Shown: positions 10,594 to 24,800, counted from the first letter of the stretch. The stretch is DNA of 64,000 nucleotides from Tubiluchus corallicola (GCA_030141605.1 JAQGDQ010000214.1:62001-126000); one strand, 5' to 3'. The notes: generated by a model not told the origin, from the sequence alone. Translations and numbers: made by a program.

Positions 10594-12115
10594 TTGTAAT
10601 TTTTGCCATATAATATATTATTGAACAAATTTAAACAGTTTTTGTGAAAACAAGAAATCTAAAAGCTATTTCAAATGTAACCACAGTGTTTTCTTTGCCA
10701 ATGGCAATGTTTTTTTTTTATTAGAATGGCAAGAGTTGCCAAAGAAGCATAGATGCTCAAGCCATTTTTAGTGTCCATAAGAAATTGGCCTTAAACTTGC
10801 AATACTTCAGACTGACACGCAAATACTGGCAGTTGACTCTTGCAAAATTAAATATCTGAAATATCGTATGCTATTTAAAGGAATTTGTTTCGTAAATTCA
10901 CAAGTGCTATTTCACAAGTTTTATTATTATAAAGGTTAGTGGCAGAGTGTGCTCTAGCCAAATTATACAGTAATTGTTGATAGTGTGGTTTTATCAATTG
11001 TAATTGCTTTATACACAGTTACACACGTTCTTCAGTGATATGACTAAAGTCAGAAATTGTAATTATTGACAAATTTCTATTTTTGTGTGATGAACGCCAT
11101 TAAATTTTAGTTCATCCAACGTTGTTTTAATATTTGAAGGACAGATGGCGCCAGTGCATTATAAATTTGTTTTTTGCTTTCTATGTACAAGTAATTAAAA
11201 TTTCTTGGTTTAGCATTATTACGGGGTAGCTGCCGTAGATTTATTTTAATCTTATAATGTATGATAATTAAAAAAATAAATAGTTGCATAAGTACCTTTT
11301 TGTTCGTGCTTACATTCTTATTTTGTGATGGAAATGGATCACATATTATGTTAGAAAGTGTATAATTTAATGCCTCATAGGCCAACTGCCTACTGTAATA
11401 TCTATTTTACTGATATGTACTGAAATAGTCTTTCTTACGTTTCTTACGTTTAGTCTTTGAAAAAATCGGCTTCAAGATACGTAGCGGGCATATGTATGCA
11501 TATTTCATGACCTTATAAAATAGGCTTAATTTTCCGCAGTAAACCTTTGCGTAAGACTTGTTTTACTCTATTTTTTGCTCGTTTGACTCTACAAAATATA
11601 TGTGTAAATTAGTTATGACATAAGAAAAACTGTAAATTGAAAACAAAAATAGTTTGAATTCATTTAACTACCATAATTTAACCAAACGCACTGGAACCAT
11701 TAAAACCAGCGACTTTCGTGGCCATTTTGTATTACAGAAATTTTTAATGACAAAGTCAATTAATACGCATGCGACTTTGATTGCTTTGGCAATTATATTA
11801 ATGGTGATTAGGGAATTGCTTCTATAGAACATTGCATAAATTTTACTGCTTGATAAAATGCCAAAGCGTCGAACAATTTGCACGACTAGTGTTCCGACAT
11901 AGTTCGTTAGGAAACTGAAGAGCCTCTCTCTCGTGTTACAGTTTAGCAGTTATTGCGCCTCTTCAGAATTTCTCTAAAGCAATAAAGAATTGGCAGCAGA
12001 GGACAAACGTTAATTTTTATTTGAACAGTATGTTCATTTTAGGGATCATTGAGCGTATCAGCTTCTCCGTTGCTTTGCTGATTAGCACAGTGAGTTCAAT
12101 GTTATTGTATTAGCA

Positions 12116-12432
12116 AATAATAATAATAATAATAATTTATTATTTGTAGGACGCATCCCATCGGAGATCTCGATGCGCTTTACAATTTATAAATACAATC
12201 CGTCGTTAAAAAAGAATCATTCTTAAAATAAAAAAAATATATAAATTGTAAACAGTACTAAGCTTAAAAAATTCATCGTAGGATTAAATAATGTACAAAT
12301 AAAACTATAATTCATAAAAGATGCCTAAAAAGTTCTGCTTTTAAGTGTTTTCTAAAAGTTTGTAATGTTGACAGTTGGCACATATAGTTAATGGTAAGCG
12401 ATTCCACAATCGTGGAGCAATAATTGCAAATC
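12116..12432 (-). mobile_element. L2-clade LINE 3' end with (TTA)n tail
   Basis: Minus strand reads FAIIAPRLWNRLPLTI..., then after a frameshift STLQTFRKHLKAELF. This is the typical L2 ORF2 C-terminus (FSxxAPxLWNxLP...FKxxLKTxLF), followed by a 3' UTR ending in a short (TTA)n repeat. Confidence 0.75.
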
Positions 12433-15039
12433 TGGGTTTTTTTCAATCTTTACGTCTCCAAAATTACAGTTAATGAAACACGCGAGTTATTTGCTCTTTA
12501 GTTACTGTTCGCTGTATTAACAATAGTTATTGCTGTAGTCAGGGTCTGATTATGACTTTTTGGGGCCCCTAGGCTAATGAAATTATGGAGCGTCAACTCT
12601 CCCGCACCTGTCTTTAATATTTTTTGCTCGTGATACGTTATTAGTGACATTTACATAGACCTACTGTAAACTGCAGACAAGTTAAAATGAATATGGGAGA
12701 GACAGAGAGTAAAATTATTAATTACATCTGTCTGAAAAAATACGAATGTGTTGAAAATTCAATTTTCATCCATCTTTAACTAAAGAATTAACTGGGGGCA
12801 TTATTTACCAGTGGAAACCCATTCACGCCAACATGAATTTGATTTTATGGTTAAACTTATAATAATTGGTAGTATCACTTATAATAATCAATAGATAAAT
12901 CGATAGGCCCTAATAGGTAAACATTAGACAGTGATGATACTAAAACTCATTAATTTGAGACTTCAGATGAAATAAGTACATCGAGGAGAGGGTCTGCCTG
13001 GGGAAACTAATAGTTTCTCTTAGTTTAAATTTTTTTCAGAGATTTCTACTTACTTTTCACCAAACTCAAGAAATGTACTTTGTTTACTCCAAGCGCAAAT
13101 GTAAATTGATTCTTTAGGCTGGGACAAAAAGTAAAATTGTCTATAGACCAACTCATGTTAAACCCGTCCACCCATGGCGCCCAAATGTTTTGCATTACTT
13201 CTATTAAGGTCACTGAGGTCAAGTTACCAAGCTAATGAAAAAGAACTAGCGGATGAAAGGGCCATTATATGACAGACTTGACCTTGAATGTAGGCACAAA
13301 AGCTGCGTTCAGGGATTCTTGGCTTCGTTTGTGCATCGCTTACGTGTTTGCCTTCTCTCCCAGACCCAATTCGCGCTGAGGATGCAAGGAAACTTTCTGA
13401 AAAAAATCGATTTTTTACGATAACGCTTGCACTAAGACAGTTCATTTCACACAAAAACCTCCCCCGGTTTTACGCGCGTACATCCAGCGTTGTTACTTTG
13501 CAGGTTGTAATTTTCACAAAGTGCAATTAATAGGTTTATTTCATAGAAGACATGTTCATGTTTGAAGTAATCACTAACCATTTCACAGTTTGTGGACATA
13601 AAGACAGTTTAAAAATTTATAATTTTTAACCCGACTATTATGTTAATTGTTAACCCAAATATATGTTATGACAAAAAAAGAATTAGGTTGTTAAATTTTA
13701 GTGTAGGCGTAAATTCCGCGAGAAATTCTCATGAAGAGGATGCACAGTTTCTAGCTGGCTGAATTCCTCACGAGAATAACTGTAAGCTAAATACTTCATG
13801 AGGCGTCTTTATAAAATGCACCATATAAAGCAATCTGTTCCATTTCGCGAGGAATGTCGAGGAAGTTTACCGCGCGTCCTCTGTGTGAAATGGGCCCTAG
13901 GCAGCTAAGCTTGCCAAATCAAACTACGCACACCAATAGTGCACGTCCTCTATTGTATTTTCTTCTTGACCTGGAAGGTTTACAGGATTTCTGTGTATAT
14001 ATCCGTTTTTGCTTTGTAAGTCCAAGCTACTAGGGTCAAATCAATATTGACCTAATTGTAAGTAAACTGTCTATTATATGAAATGAATCGTCTGCGCTAT
14101 AATCCAATCCCCCAAATCCAAAGCCGCTGCAACACAGTATTGGCAAGAAAGATCTGTACGAAGCCTTCAAGGTCAAAAGGATCATTACTGTGCGCCCTCA
14201 AACAGGTGGGCATGTGATCTGGTGTTTTGTAACGGGTGATTAAAATAATTGCTGAGTATAACCTTGAAAGAAGGAAATGTGAAAAAGCCTCGATCTGAAC
14301 CATTGATATTTAAATTACATATCCATCATTGTTGTAATCCAATGGTTCATGGTTTAAATGCAGGCTAGATCTTTTACAAAATACCAGTTAATGTCACAGC
14401 TTAGGTTTCGCATTCGTTATTATAATCGGTGAGCGTATTGGGCAGTGCTGCTCAGGAGGTTTACTGGTTTTCACCCTATTCATCAGCCCGAGGATCTGCA
14501 AATCTTCATAAAAACTCATGAACACCTGGTACCTCACTGCCAGTAAGGTGTAAAGGCACTAATTGACAAGATACACGAGCATTGGGCTTCACACTGATGA
14601 TATATGGCGTGCCAGTTAATGTTATGTTCTTCAACAAGCTTTATTGTTGCTAATAGCAGATAATATTTTTGCCACAATAGTCCTAAATATAAATCCGTTC
14701 TCTGAAATAGGTTAAATTTTAGGGAACTGTTATGCTGGCTCCTGGACTACTTGTCATTATTAGGCTCAGATTAATAGTAAATATGCTTGTTTACTGTGTA
14801 CTGAGCTCTTCGGGTATCAGTCAGCATACTTAAGAAGCAGTTAGTCTACTACTATCCATTACTTCTATATTAACAATACAATTTCCAGTGACATATTTTT
14901 GTGAATGCGTCTCTTATGGGTATTTGTTGTCTGTGTTTTGTTTAGACGTAAAATGTAAATTTTGCAAAAATATAAATGTAGCTTTTTGTTATCGTTTTAT
15001 ACGTTACTTATAGAGACGTGTGACCGCTGCCGAAATAAG

Positions 15040-15389
15040 TAGGAGGATTCGAGGTTCGGAACGGAACATGTTTTTCGCAAAGTTAAAGCGCGATATAGTT
15101 ATGGTTAGTCAATTCTCAATAACCTATAGGCTGCCTTATTTCAAAGTTTAAGCAATGAATAACTTGATAAATAACTCAGTTTTCTTCATATGCCAAAAAA
15201 TATAAAGTAAACATTTTGTTTTCAAACATTAAAGTTCCGGATCGGGGTTGGGAACGGTATGAGAAGTTCGAGAACGGGGCTCGGGATGGGACTGAATGTT
15301 CGGGAACGGGATTCGGTTTTAACAAAAGTTCGGGATTGAGGTTCGGCGGTCGGGATCGGCATTAACTACCCCGATCTCCACCACCCCTA
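15040..15389. mobile_element. hAT-like MITE with subterminal TTCGG(G)AACGG repeats
   Basis: TAGG... / ...CCTA termini, near-identical 8-bp flanks GAAATAAG / GAGATAAG, and clustered short TTCGG-containing repeats near the ends. Confidence 0.5.
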
Positions 15390-16279
15390 GAGATAAGTGG
15401 TATCAAGAATTCTTAACTTTATTGTGTGAAACTCGTTTCTTATGCAAGACGGAACTCTTTCTTTATTTCCACGAAGTATAATAAAATAGAAAACAAATTA
15501 AACAACCATGAACAAATATTACAAGTTGTGATTAATTACTTTTTTGTTCTAATACAATTCGATTACGAGAACTAATGAAAAATTCATAATTTTAACGAAT
15601 TCACGTAGTTTCATTTCACTGCAGTAAAACGGACAACAACATTTATCTTGGCCTAGTTACAAAAAGGTAAACATAACTATGTACATGTATATGGGAACGA
15701 TAAAAGTGATCATTGCTCTCAGTTAAAGGATGTAATATTTAATTAAATTATGCGGATACCACTATTTCTAGAAATAATTTGAATTCATCAATTTCTGGTC
15801 TTACCAATGACATCAAAGCCTTCATATGCTCATTTCCCTCTGACATTTAGCAAAATAGCAGAGCAGTAAATCCAACGCAGGGATTTCTAAGTCGTTATGC
15901 ACATGTAATGCATGAATATCAGTCCTTGGGGACCATAATTATAGCATAGCTCATTCGCTAACGTGTCGCTTTAGCATTATCACTGACAGATAATGATATA
16001 ACCTCAATTATAGGATTCATTCCTAAGTCCACTGGGTTTTTACGTTGCATTATTTCTAGGGCAATACATTTTATGTCCAACTTGCGAACTAATGCCAGAC
16101 TAATCATTTTTACAATGGCTTATAGTCCAACAATTAACTTATCCTGGAGGCATAATTATTTCAATTAAGGTAAAGGCTATGGGTAAGTATATACGGTATC
16201 AAGCTTAATATGGGCATCTGGTGGATTTAATCATACTGATTTTCTTTACTACTCCAAAAAGAATATAGTTTGGCTTAGT

Positions 16280-16979
16280 TCATGAGTATTTTTTCCTCAA
16301 GAAAATCATAATAGTCGTAAAGCAGACAAATACGGAGCACATGGGCCACAGCATAGCATTTACTGCGGCAAATTTGCTTATGGAACGCAGCCGGATCACA
16401 TTTGGCAGATTCCTGGGGTCGTAAAGACAGTCGAATTCGCATCCCGGAATCCCGAATTCCTGTTGATACTGAAGAATGTTGGTGGAACTCCACGGTTTAC
16501 AGGAGCACTGGAAAACAAACAATGATTGGTATGCATTGTTTATTAATTACTGGAAAATATTTACAGGCTATATATAATATTTACACCTATATGCCAAGGT
16601 TTGATTGTTATGGTTATAGCTGGATTATAAGTAGGAACTCATTATCTAGGAAGTGATTTTACAACTCATTATACGGCTAGAACTGTAGAAGTAAAAACAG
16701 TCGTGGCCATTATTTCCTGTAGGTCTCACCCGTTGTTTCTGAACTAGCTCAACTGGATGCCCCCATGATTAGTTCTGGAGAACACAACGCCTGGTGAGTT
16801 TTGCCGAAACGTTATAATAGCTCTATTGTCGTTTGCAACGCGTTCTTACGTCTTGTGAACCTGTATTCTGTATTAAAAGATTTACTATGTTACGTGTAAA
16901 TGATGTTTCTATATTATATTGTAAAATGTCTGTTGTTTGCAGTCATTTAGATCAATAAAAGACCTTTACTACCTACTAT

Positions 16980-17013
<34 letters not shown>

Positions 17014-17020
17014 GCTACTG

Positions 17021-17100
<80 letters not shown>

Positions 17101-17101
17101 G

Positions 17102-17168
<67 letters not shown>

Positions 17169-17181
17169 CACTACTACTACC

Positions 17182-17248
<67 letters not shown>

Positions 17249-20200
17249 GTGCTGCTGCTGCTACTACTACCACTACTACTACTACCACTACTACTACCAC
17301 TACCACTACCACTACCACTACCACTACCACTACTACTACTACCACTACTACTACTACTACAACTACAACTCTACTACGACTCTACCACCACCATTACTGC
17401 CACTACTATTACTGCCACTACCACCACTACTACTACCATTACTACCACTACCATCACTACCACCACTACCACTACAGCGTCACTCAGTGTAGCTATTTTA
17501 TTCTCTTTTAATGCTGATTTTTGTTAATTCAGTACTGGCTTGGCAACTGATTATCCTTGATCAGTTTCACCCTCAGTGCTATTTATTATACACTTTTCCA
17601 CTTTTCCCTCGCTGGAATACATTATACCGTCGAGAAGCACTGATTTTTCTCAGTTAGAGCAGCTATTGCTTAGTGGGACACCAGATGATTGTGATTATGG
17701 CGACGATGATGATGATGATGATCCATTTCATTGCATTTTCGTCATTAACACCTTATCATTTTTATCTTTTCCTTGTATAACTTTTAGCGTTTTTCTTCTC
17801 TTTTACTTACATTACCCTAATTTTACCCTCATGCCATCCCTTTTCATTGCGCATCTCTTTTATCCTGCCTTTAACCTCTAACAACACACCATGCATTGCA
17901 GTTGGGCTTCCCAAGTTCTAGTTTTTAGCTCAGCTGCAAGCAGTTACATCATTTGTTCAGTAATTGATTGACTCCTTACTTGACAAGTAATTGTAGTAAT
18001 TTTTGTTTTCACTTTGTATAATTGTATGTAGTATATCTTATTATGTAATTATAATGGTGTTTTTATCTAATAAACAATAAAACCTGAGAAAACGTGACGA
18101 CGACAACGACGACGATGATAACGATGATGACGACGACGATGATGATAATGACGACGACGACGACGACGATGATGATGGTGATCATGATGATTGCATGTTT
18201 TGCTGAGATTCTTGGTTTACACAGTCATCATTGACTGCCATTGTACAGAGGACACTGAGCTTTACATCACTTAAGAGCAGGAAGCCATTAAAATCATAAC
18301 CACTAAACCTCATAAAATAGAGTGGATCGCATTGGGAGATTGAAGTGACATGCCCAAGGGCATCATAACCCTTGCTTGCACAACTTATACTAAGCCTCAC
18401 TTTGACGTGATGACGTTCGTTTGCAAATTGGAATTGTTGCGTAGTAGCTTGAACGAAGCTGTACAATTGAAGCCAAATTCTGAAATGCCCACATCATATA
18501 ATTCTTAGCTACGCAATCGCCAAACGTTTGACTTCGCCTTAGCCCTATATATTTAGCACCAGTTCAAGTTGAAGTTGGCAAATATACTGCATTCTGCCAT
18601 TCATTTAGTGTATAGTAATGTCGAGTGAAAATTGCACATGACAACTGCAATTCAAGTTGCAGTCAAAGCGAACAAGTAGAAATTTTAATCTCGCTGCCAC
18701 ATACAAATGGTGATGGACTGGCGTTATGATGGCACTTCAGAGTCGTTCCACGCTGATCAATTATAGGTATTGTGGAACGTTACAATACGCGCTCGTTGTA
18801 CGTATCCGAAGCAGTAAATCCATTAGACGCCTGAGTTTGTCGTGTTGTTTAAAAGCCTTCCTGAAACTCGATGCCGTATTTTAATTTCAAATGGATCTGG
18901 CCGGAAACGAGTCCCAGAATTCAATGCGACACCGGAAACGAGTCCCAGAATTCAATGCTGTCGCTATTTATTCTAACCGACAATTAACAAGCCACTTAGC
19001 TTTTGAAAGGCGCGTGATTATTTCAAGTATTTTTTGACCATAATTGCTACGTTATTATCAAATTATAACAGTAAAAGCCAAAAATACCGTTTATACTTTA
19101 CCTTTTCCACCACCCAACCCTCACCGCTACTCGCAAAGACATGTAATGCAGCCAAGTTACTACAACATTACACCCCTAATTTACTTTTAATCTTTTAGCA
19201 CTAATGTAACAACGATGAACATCAGCCCAAAACTAGTCAGTATGCTTTTACAGAAACTTTTATTACAAATGTAACAACATGAGTAAGATGAGTATGAAGC
19301 ATATATACAAGCAGACTAGAATTCACTGACGAAGTGCGTCCTTCGACGTCAGGAACCGCACTGAGGTTCAAGCTCACGGTCCGGTTTCGAGGCTGACTTC
19401 CAGGGTTTGATTAACGCCATTGTCATGAGAAGCTGAGGATTGTTATGACAAAATGCAATGCCGTCCTGTTACACTAAGACGTTGCTCTAAAACTAATTAC
19501 AGTGGCGTAATATGTAATTTAGCATACTGCACGAAGTCCCCCGTGTTTAGTAAAACTTGTTTTAAGCATCGACAATGAGTGAAAATGTGATTTAGCTAAA
19601 ACGCTAAATCTTTTAGAAGAACTTCAGATATTATTAAGCAATCCCAGTGGTGCAATAAAGGTACAATTGCAATACAGACCTAACACTCTAGATTTTACAC
19701 TAATTGCGATAGCTGCTCAACGATAGTGCTGCACTATAGCAGAAGTAATTTCAAATACATTTATGCATTTTACTCAATGAAGCCCCACACATGTTGTTAG
19801 CGTCCTTCGCCATTAATCTCCTGGTCATATAAATTATTCAGCTTTGCTGGATTCACATTGTTTCCTTATGGTAGCATTTTTTTCGTGTTTAAACTGCAAT
19901 GAGACGAGTGCTATGCATACAGGAATCTAAGTGAATCAAATCATAATGTAGCTTAATTTTAAAGAAAAAGCCAAACCTTCTGGGAAATTAGGCTTATTTC
20001 AATGTTCGAGGAAAATATTAGAAAGATTTGGTAATAAAAGTGCTATGTGCACCTCGCGTAATTAGTAAAATCACTTTAAAGTCACAATTATTTCAAGCTT
20101 GGGCGCCCCAATTTTGAACACACGTTCTTCCTCCAATGACGTCACTCATCGTCTGAAGTGAACCACCACACTGTTACTTTCCGTCAAAAATATAACAAGT

Positions 20201-23200
20201 TTTTGCAAAAAATAGATAGCTAATAATAAATATAACATGTAGAAGCTGCAGAAGTATGAATTCGTTTCAGCAGCACTCGGTTCCGGAAAACCACGATGCG
20301 CTTACGAGAAATCAGTTATTACGAAGTTCAAGAGTTGCGCATAAATTTTCAAGTAAATGGCGGGCACCATGTAGTGGTAGTACAAACTAGCTTCATACTT
20401 TACAGCAAATAAATTTGTTATATTTTTCTAAGTTTAAATGACAACAGTAAAATTAAGCCTTTAACGTACGTTGCGAGATTTACAAGAATTCTTTCTACAC
20501 GGCAAGAATCGTACACGCACCTTGATGTGCGGTAACTATGAAGTCACGCACTTGATAATTTCTTTTTTTTTCTAAAATATCCAGAGCATCGTTTCTAGAT
20601 GAATATCATAATACTCACAAGTAAAAAATATTTTAGTGCAAACAAACCAAATATTGGAATTTTCTTGTCTTTTTCGAACAAATAAACAAATAATGCGAGC
20701 GTTAAGCGTCTATAATAAATTCGCCATTTCCTATTCATAGATTAGACATGACTAGATTAGATTATATAAAATTAGACTGGATTGAATTGGATTGAACCAG
20801 ATTCGGGTACCGGAATTGAACAGTTCAGATCAGATTAGATCAGACTACTGTTTTTTTCATCAGGCTTAGGTGGTTATATCACATTATACAAAAACTATAC
20901 ACGAAGAATAATCACGTTAAACAGTTAAAATAACAAAAGTACTACATCTAGTTATGTACATGTATTACAGCAGTGTAGCGAACTTCGCTCGTTAAAAGAA
21001 AACGGGATGGTTTTTCATATACCACCCCATTTTCAAGTCCGATAAAAAGTATACATTTTAACACAACTAGTACTGCAGAAGCGTTTCTGATATTTAAAAA
21101 TTATAGATTAAAATCTTAATTAATGGCGGGCGAGCTCAACTATTTATGATATCACAAACTAACGTAATTTTCAACTGCAAAAATGTTCCACGAGCGTGTT
21201 GCACGTGTTTGGGAAAGCGAAAATTAAAGTAAAGTGCTACTGTAAGATATGCAGTGTGTTGTACTAAAACTAGGCAAGTTTTAAGATAAAAATGCAAATT
21301 TCAAATTCACCGCTGTGCTCACGCATGATCTGTCGAACGTGTGCAGTTCGTCACAAGCTAACACGGCTGAACTTTTTTTGCAATGCGTTTCTGAAATGCA
21401 GGCGCTAGTGCGCGTCTAACTAGCGAATGGCAAAATGCATGTAATAACGAAGAAGTAGTGGCGCGAACGCGAAATGGTGTTTGTGTGGTAATAATTCTTT
21501 CACGTAAGTCATTTTTGAAAAAATAATAAGTTTCCTTTCAATATTTTAAAGAGTAGATTGTTTTGACCTGCAGTTTAAGATTGGGTCCGGTTTTGCTTTA
21601 AGGAAGCTCGCTTTTCCCTGAACAATGGAAAATAATCATTTGCATGAACTAAATTGCGATAAGAAACTTCAGGCTAAAAGCTGTACATTCTGCTGACGTG
21701 ATTTGTTACTTCAGTACTCACATTACAGCTACGATTGAATTGCAGTGCAAAATGCTACATGGCTATTATTGTTATTATTATCCTTTAGCAAAGGCGGCAA
21801 GTAGAACGAGGGAAAGTGAAATAAAACATAAAAGCAAAAGGCAAATCGAGTTTTGATAGTCTCCCAAGCTTCGTTTTTACTTATTGGTGTCGGCGTTCTG
21901 AAAAACCATAAAAGTCGACATTAAATCGATAAATACTGCGAATCAAATCAGGAACAAATTTGTGTGGCGGCGGCACGCGCTGTATTTACAATCAGCCGCT
22001 ATTGCCAGCATATTTGGGAAAAATCACGCTGAAACGTTCCAAATATTACCTGCATGAAAGCAAAGTAGTTATGCTTGGTTTTGTTCCAGGCTCACGGATG
22101 CCGGCAGCTTAAGTTGCTTTGGACCTTTGGCAAATTGTTAATGCTGCTAATGCATGACAATAATTACACTGGCGTTCCCCTGGTCGCGCAAAAAGCAGAA
22201 ACATAAAATGAAGTACGTTTTCCATTCTTTCGCGTTCCACTGGGAAAACAAAATGCGTAGAACCAGGGGTTTCACGGACCTAAAGCTATAAAACAAACGA
22301 AGTCCTAAACTTTTAGGCATGCACACTCTACATCCAATTGTGCCGTACTTTTGATACTGAAATTTATTCGCACGGGAACTTCTAAGTCCAAAACTGCATC
22401 TGAGTGATTAAATATCGGCTCAAAAATTAAATATCACACTAACGCATAGGCCAGAACCCATTAAAAACGTTGTGGAGTTCTTCGGTTTTTGTATAGACTT
22501 ATAAAGAGCTTTTGTCATTACTCGCAATGAATGGTAATGATTTTGTAAGTCATGGATTTTTGCCTGGGTCAAATCAAATCAAATCAATTTTTGCCGTAAT
22601 CAAAAGGCAAATTGCTGTTCATCATTGATGTTACTTTTGAACAACGAGAAGTATGCTGCACATGTCTAATTGTTCTACTATTACAAGTGTCAAATTCTTG
22701 TGTCAAAATGTGTTCGTCTAAATCGCTTAAGTGATTACTGGTAATACACAAAAAAGAAAACTAGATGTCCTTGTCTTTCACGTGTTCAATTTAAATAATT
22801 TTGTTTTTTTGTTTACTAAATAGCAGTTTAATTGGTCGTCGGTATTTGGATTACGAAGGCCTATCAAAATTGGCCTTAGTGACGTTCTTCATTTTCCTGT
22901 ATCACTTCTAACTTCACACCTACCTGGAGATTCTGACAAAGAAGTCGTTCGTCGTCTCTGAGCAAGGCCGCCATTTTGAAAGACTTGCGTTGCATGTTTT
23001 CCCCCACGCCTTTGTGGTATTTTAACTTGTCTTCTTTTTCGCTATGCGTGTTAGCTGACAGAACCTTTAAGCTGGAATCTGTCACATAATTTTCAGTTTC
23101 TACAACAGAGTTATTTTCAGCGTGATATTCCACAAACACTTGTAGACAAGTCCACGGTATGCACGTGTTGCAACGATGGTAATCTATTATACTTGAATTC

Positions 23201-23499
23201 AAAACTTTGCATCGTGCAGGTTCAAAGCTTAAACTTTGCAGGAAGGGATTTAATATGAACAAGCTGCACATCATGACTGTAGGGATGGTTAGACACAACA
23301 GTATGAAACAGATGATACAATAACCGTACCGTTCAGTGTGCGGCACGAAGGATCGAAATCTTTGTGAATGCGACGTACAAGTGGTTGGCCCAGAATTCGG
23401 AACGCTACTCATGGCACTATACATTGGACCAACCGAACTCTCTAGATCTGGCTCAAACATTGGTAATTGTAATGTATACATTTTTGTCTTCATCTCCAT
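16280..23499 (-). CDS. Calcium-activated BK potassium channel beta subunit-like protein (KCNMB / CaKB family, TipE-like fold), 2 coding exons, about 267 aa
   Basis: Exon 1 is 23499-22924 (donor CAG|GTAGGT) and exon 2 is 16507-16280 (acceptor TTTGTTTTCCAG, TGA), joined in phase 0. Features: TM1 (YCIICFILLCLTIPTVMMCSLFIL); a Cys-rich loop CKVLNSS...CNTCIPWTCLQVFVEY...LLRDDE...NLQ/CSCKP...FDCLYDP..NVIRLR; and TM2 with the family signature AMLWP. Confidence 0.8.
16970..17476. repeat. Compound trinucleotide microsatellite (CTA)n-(CTG)n-(CTA/CCA)n in the KCNMB-like intron
   Basis: Directly visible. It generates the poly-L/V/A/T pseudo-ORFs. Confidence 0.98.
18095..18190. repeat. (GAC/GAT)n imperfect trinucleotide repeat
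   Basis: Directly visible. Confidence 0.9.
20992..21601 (+). mobile_element. Kolobok-like TTAA-flanked non-autonomous DNA transposon, copy 1
   Basis: Ends TTAAAAGAAAACGGGATG ... GGTCCGGTTTTGCTTTAA (TTAA flanks, imperfect purine-starting TIR). Colinear with the copies at 27615, 37434, 41668 and 55128. Confidence 0.75.
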
Positions 23500-24579
23500 G
23501 TTAAGTTAAATGACAAAATGCCAACATGGCACATGAATTATTTAGTGTTTACACGCAAAATTGCAATCTTGCAGACGCAAGGTTGGCAAAAATCATACGT
23601 TTCTTTTCATTTACTCACTGTAAGACCATTATTCGAAGATGCGAAAATAAATTAATGTGCTTACAATTTTAACACATATCAGACTAGCACAAATTTGAAG
23701 CTAAAGAAATTCCTACAAATGCGAGCATCTTAAAACTAATCAATTTAAATTTGCGCAGCTCCATTAAACTTTTGCTCAACGGCAAATGCTACCTGCAATA
23801 TAAAAAAAATGTTATGAGATACCAAATCTTTATATGTTGAGTAGATGTATTTTAGTATAATTACCTTATCATTTATTTGTTTATTTCGATATAGTCCATG
23901 TAGTTCAGGGTCAATTTTAGCCGTTTGCGTACTACGATTTAGGACAGGGCCTATAAGTATTTGCATTCGCAGCCTCACTTTAATCCGTGTCAGTTTTCTC
24001 AAAGGAGTCATCAGGCAGCACATTCTGTTGAATTGCCGTGCTTTGACAAGAATTCGCGTGCGGGAACTGTAAAGTTGAACAAAGACAGCGGCTCACTTCT
24101 TTTTAGTTGAAGGTTAATGATGTCAGACAGAGAAAATGAGGATAACGGAATTGAAGAGAAGCAATATTTCATTCGGTTAAGCTGGACTGGTTAAAGTCAA
24201 TGTTGCTTCGTTTTTGTTATAAATAATTTATTCTGTGGTTCAAAAATAGACTGCACTAGATACTTATAATAAATTGATGTAGTACTAATAAACAGTAAGC
24301 AAAACTTTTACAGCAAACACGTGCCGAAGTTTTGATAACAATTATTTTTGATAACTTTTATTCCAACGCTCAACAATTTTTGCCTTTAGTTCCTCTGTAT
24401 CAATCAGCTTTGTGCTATAGTCTTTTACGACCATCGTATACGTTCTCTGGGAATTCAATGTTAACTGCAATTCGTATGATTAAGTTCTTGAGAACAAATG
24501 CTTATCAGTACGTTGTTTTCCATGATATAAGTTGATCGATTTTGCTGACTGAATTGAAAACTTTATAGTCGACGTGGCT

Positions 24580-24800
24580 GTTCAATTGACGAACAGCTGA
24601 CATTGTTCTGGCCTTTAAATTTCTGAAATGCAAAAGTTTTTCGGCCATAACTAAAAATACTAGAACTATAAACTTACAACTTTCGCAGACAAGCGCCAAT
24701 TTATTTTAGTATCACGCAGTCAAATTTCAACTTTGTAGAATACTTGCTTCTAATGTTTTTGTAGCCTAAACTTCGGCACATTTTTACGCCACCCGATATA
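24580..24800. mobile_element. Terminal fragment of the TA-flanked MITE family also present at 42863-43583
   Basis: Shares TTTTTCGGCCATAACT...AAACTT(C/T)GG(C/G)ACATTTTT...CCACCC(G/A)ATA with 43425-43585. Confidence 0.6.

Noticed and set aside
14050-14700. Possible Penelope/LINE RT remnant (VKTSKPP...PIR on the minus strand)
   Set aside because: A single short motif in heavily interrupted frames; needs tBLASTn.
16785-16830. CTGGTGAG...CGAAACG hammerhead-like string
   Set aside because: Core A6 is mutated, there is no helix II pairing and no properly placed NUH triplet.
16937-17527. Poly-Leu / poly-Val ORFs
   Set aside because: Trinucleotide microsatellite artefacts.
18182-18466. 94-aa ORF in the KCNMB-like intron
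   Set aside because: No recognisable domain and no consistent splice partners.
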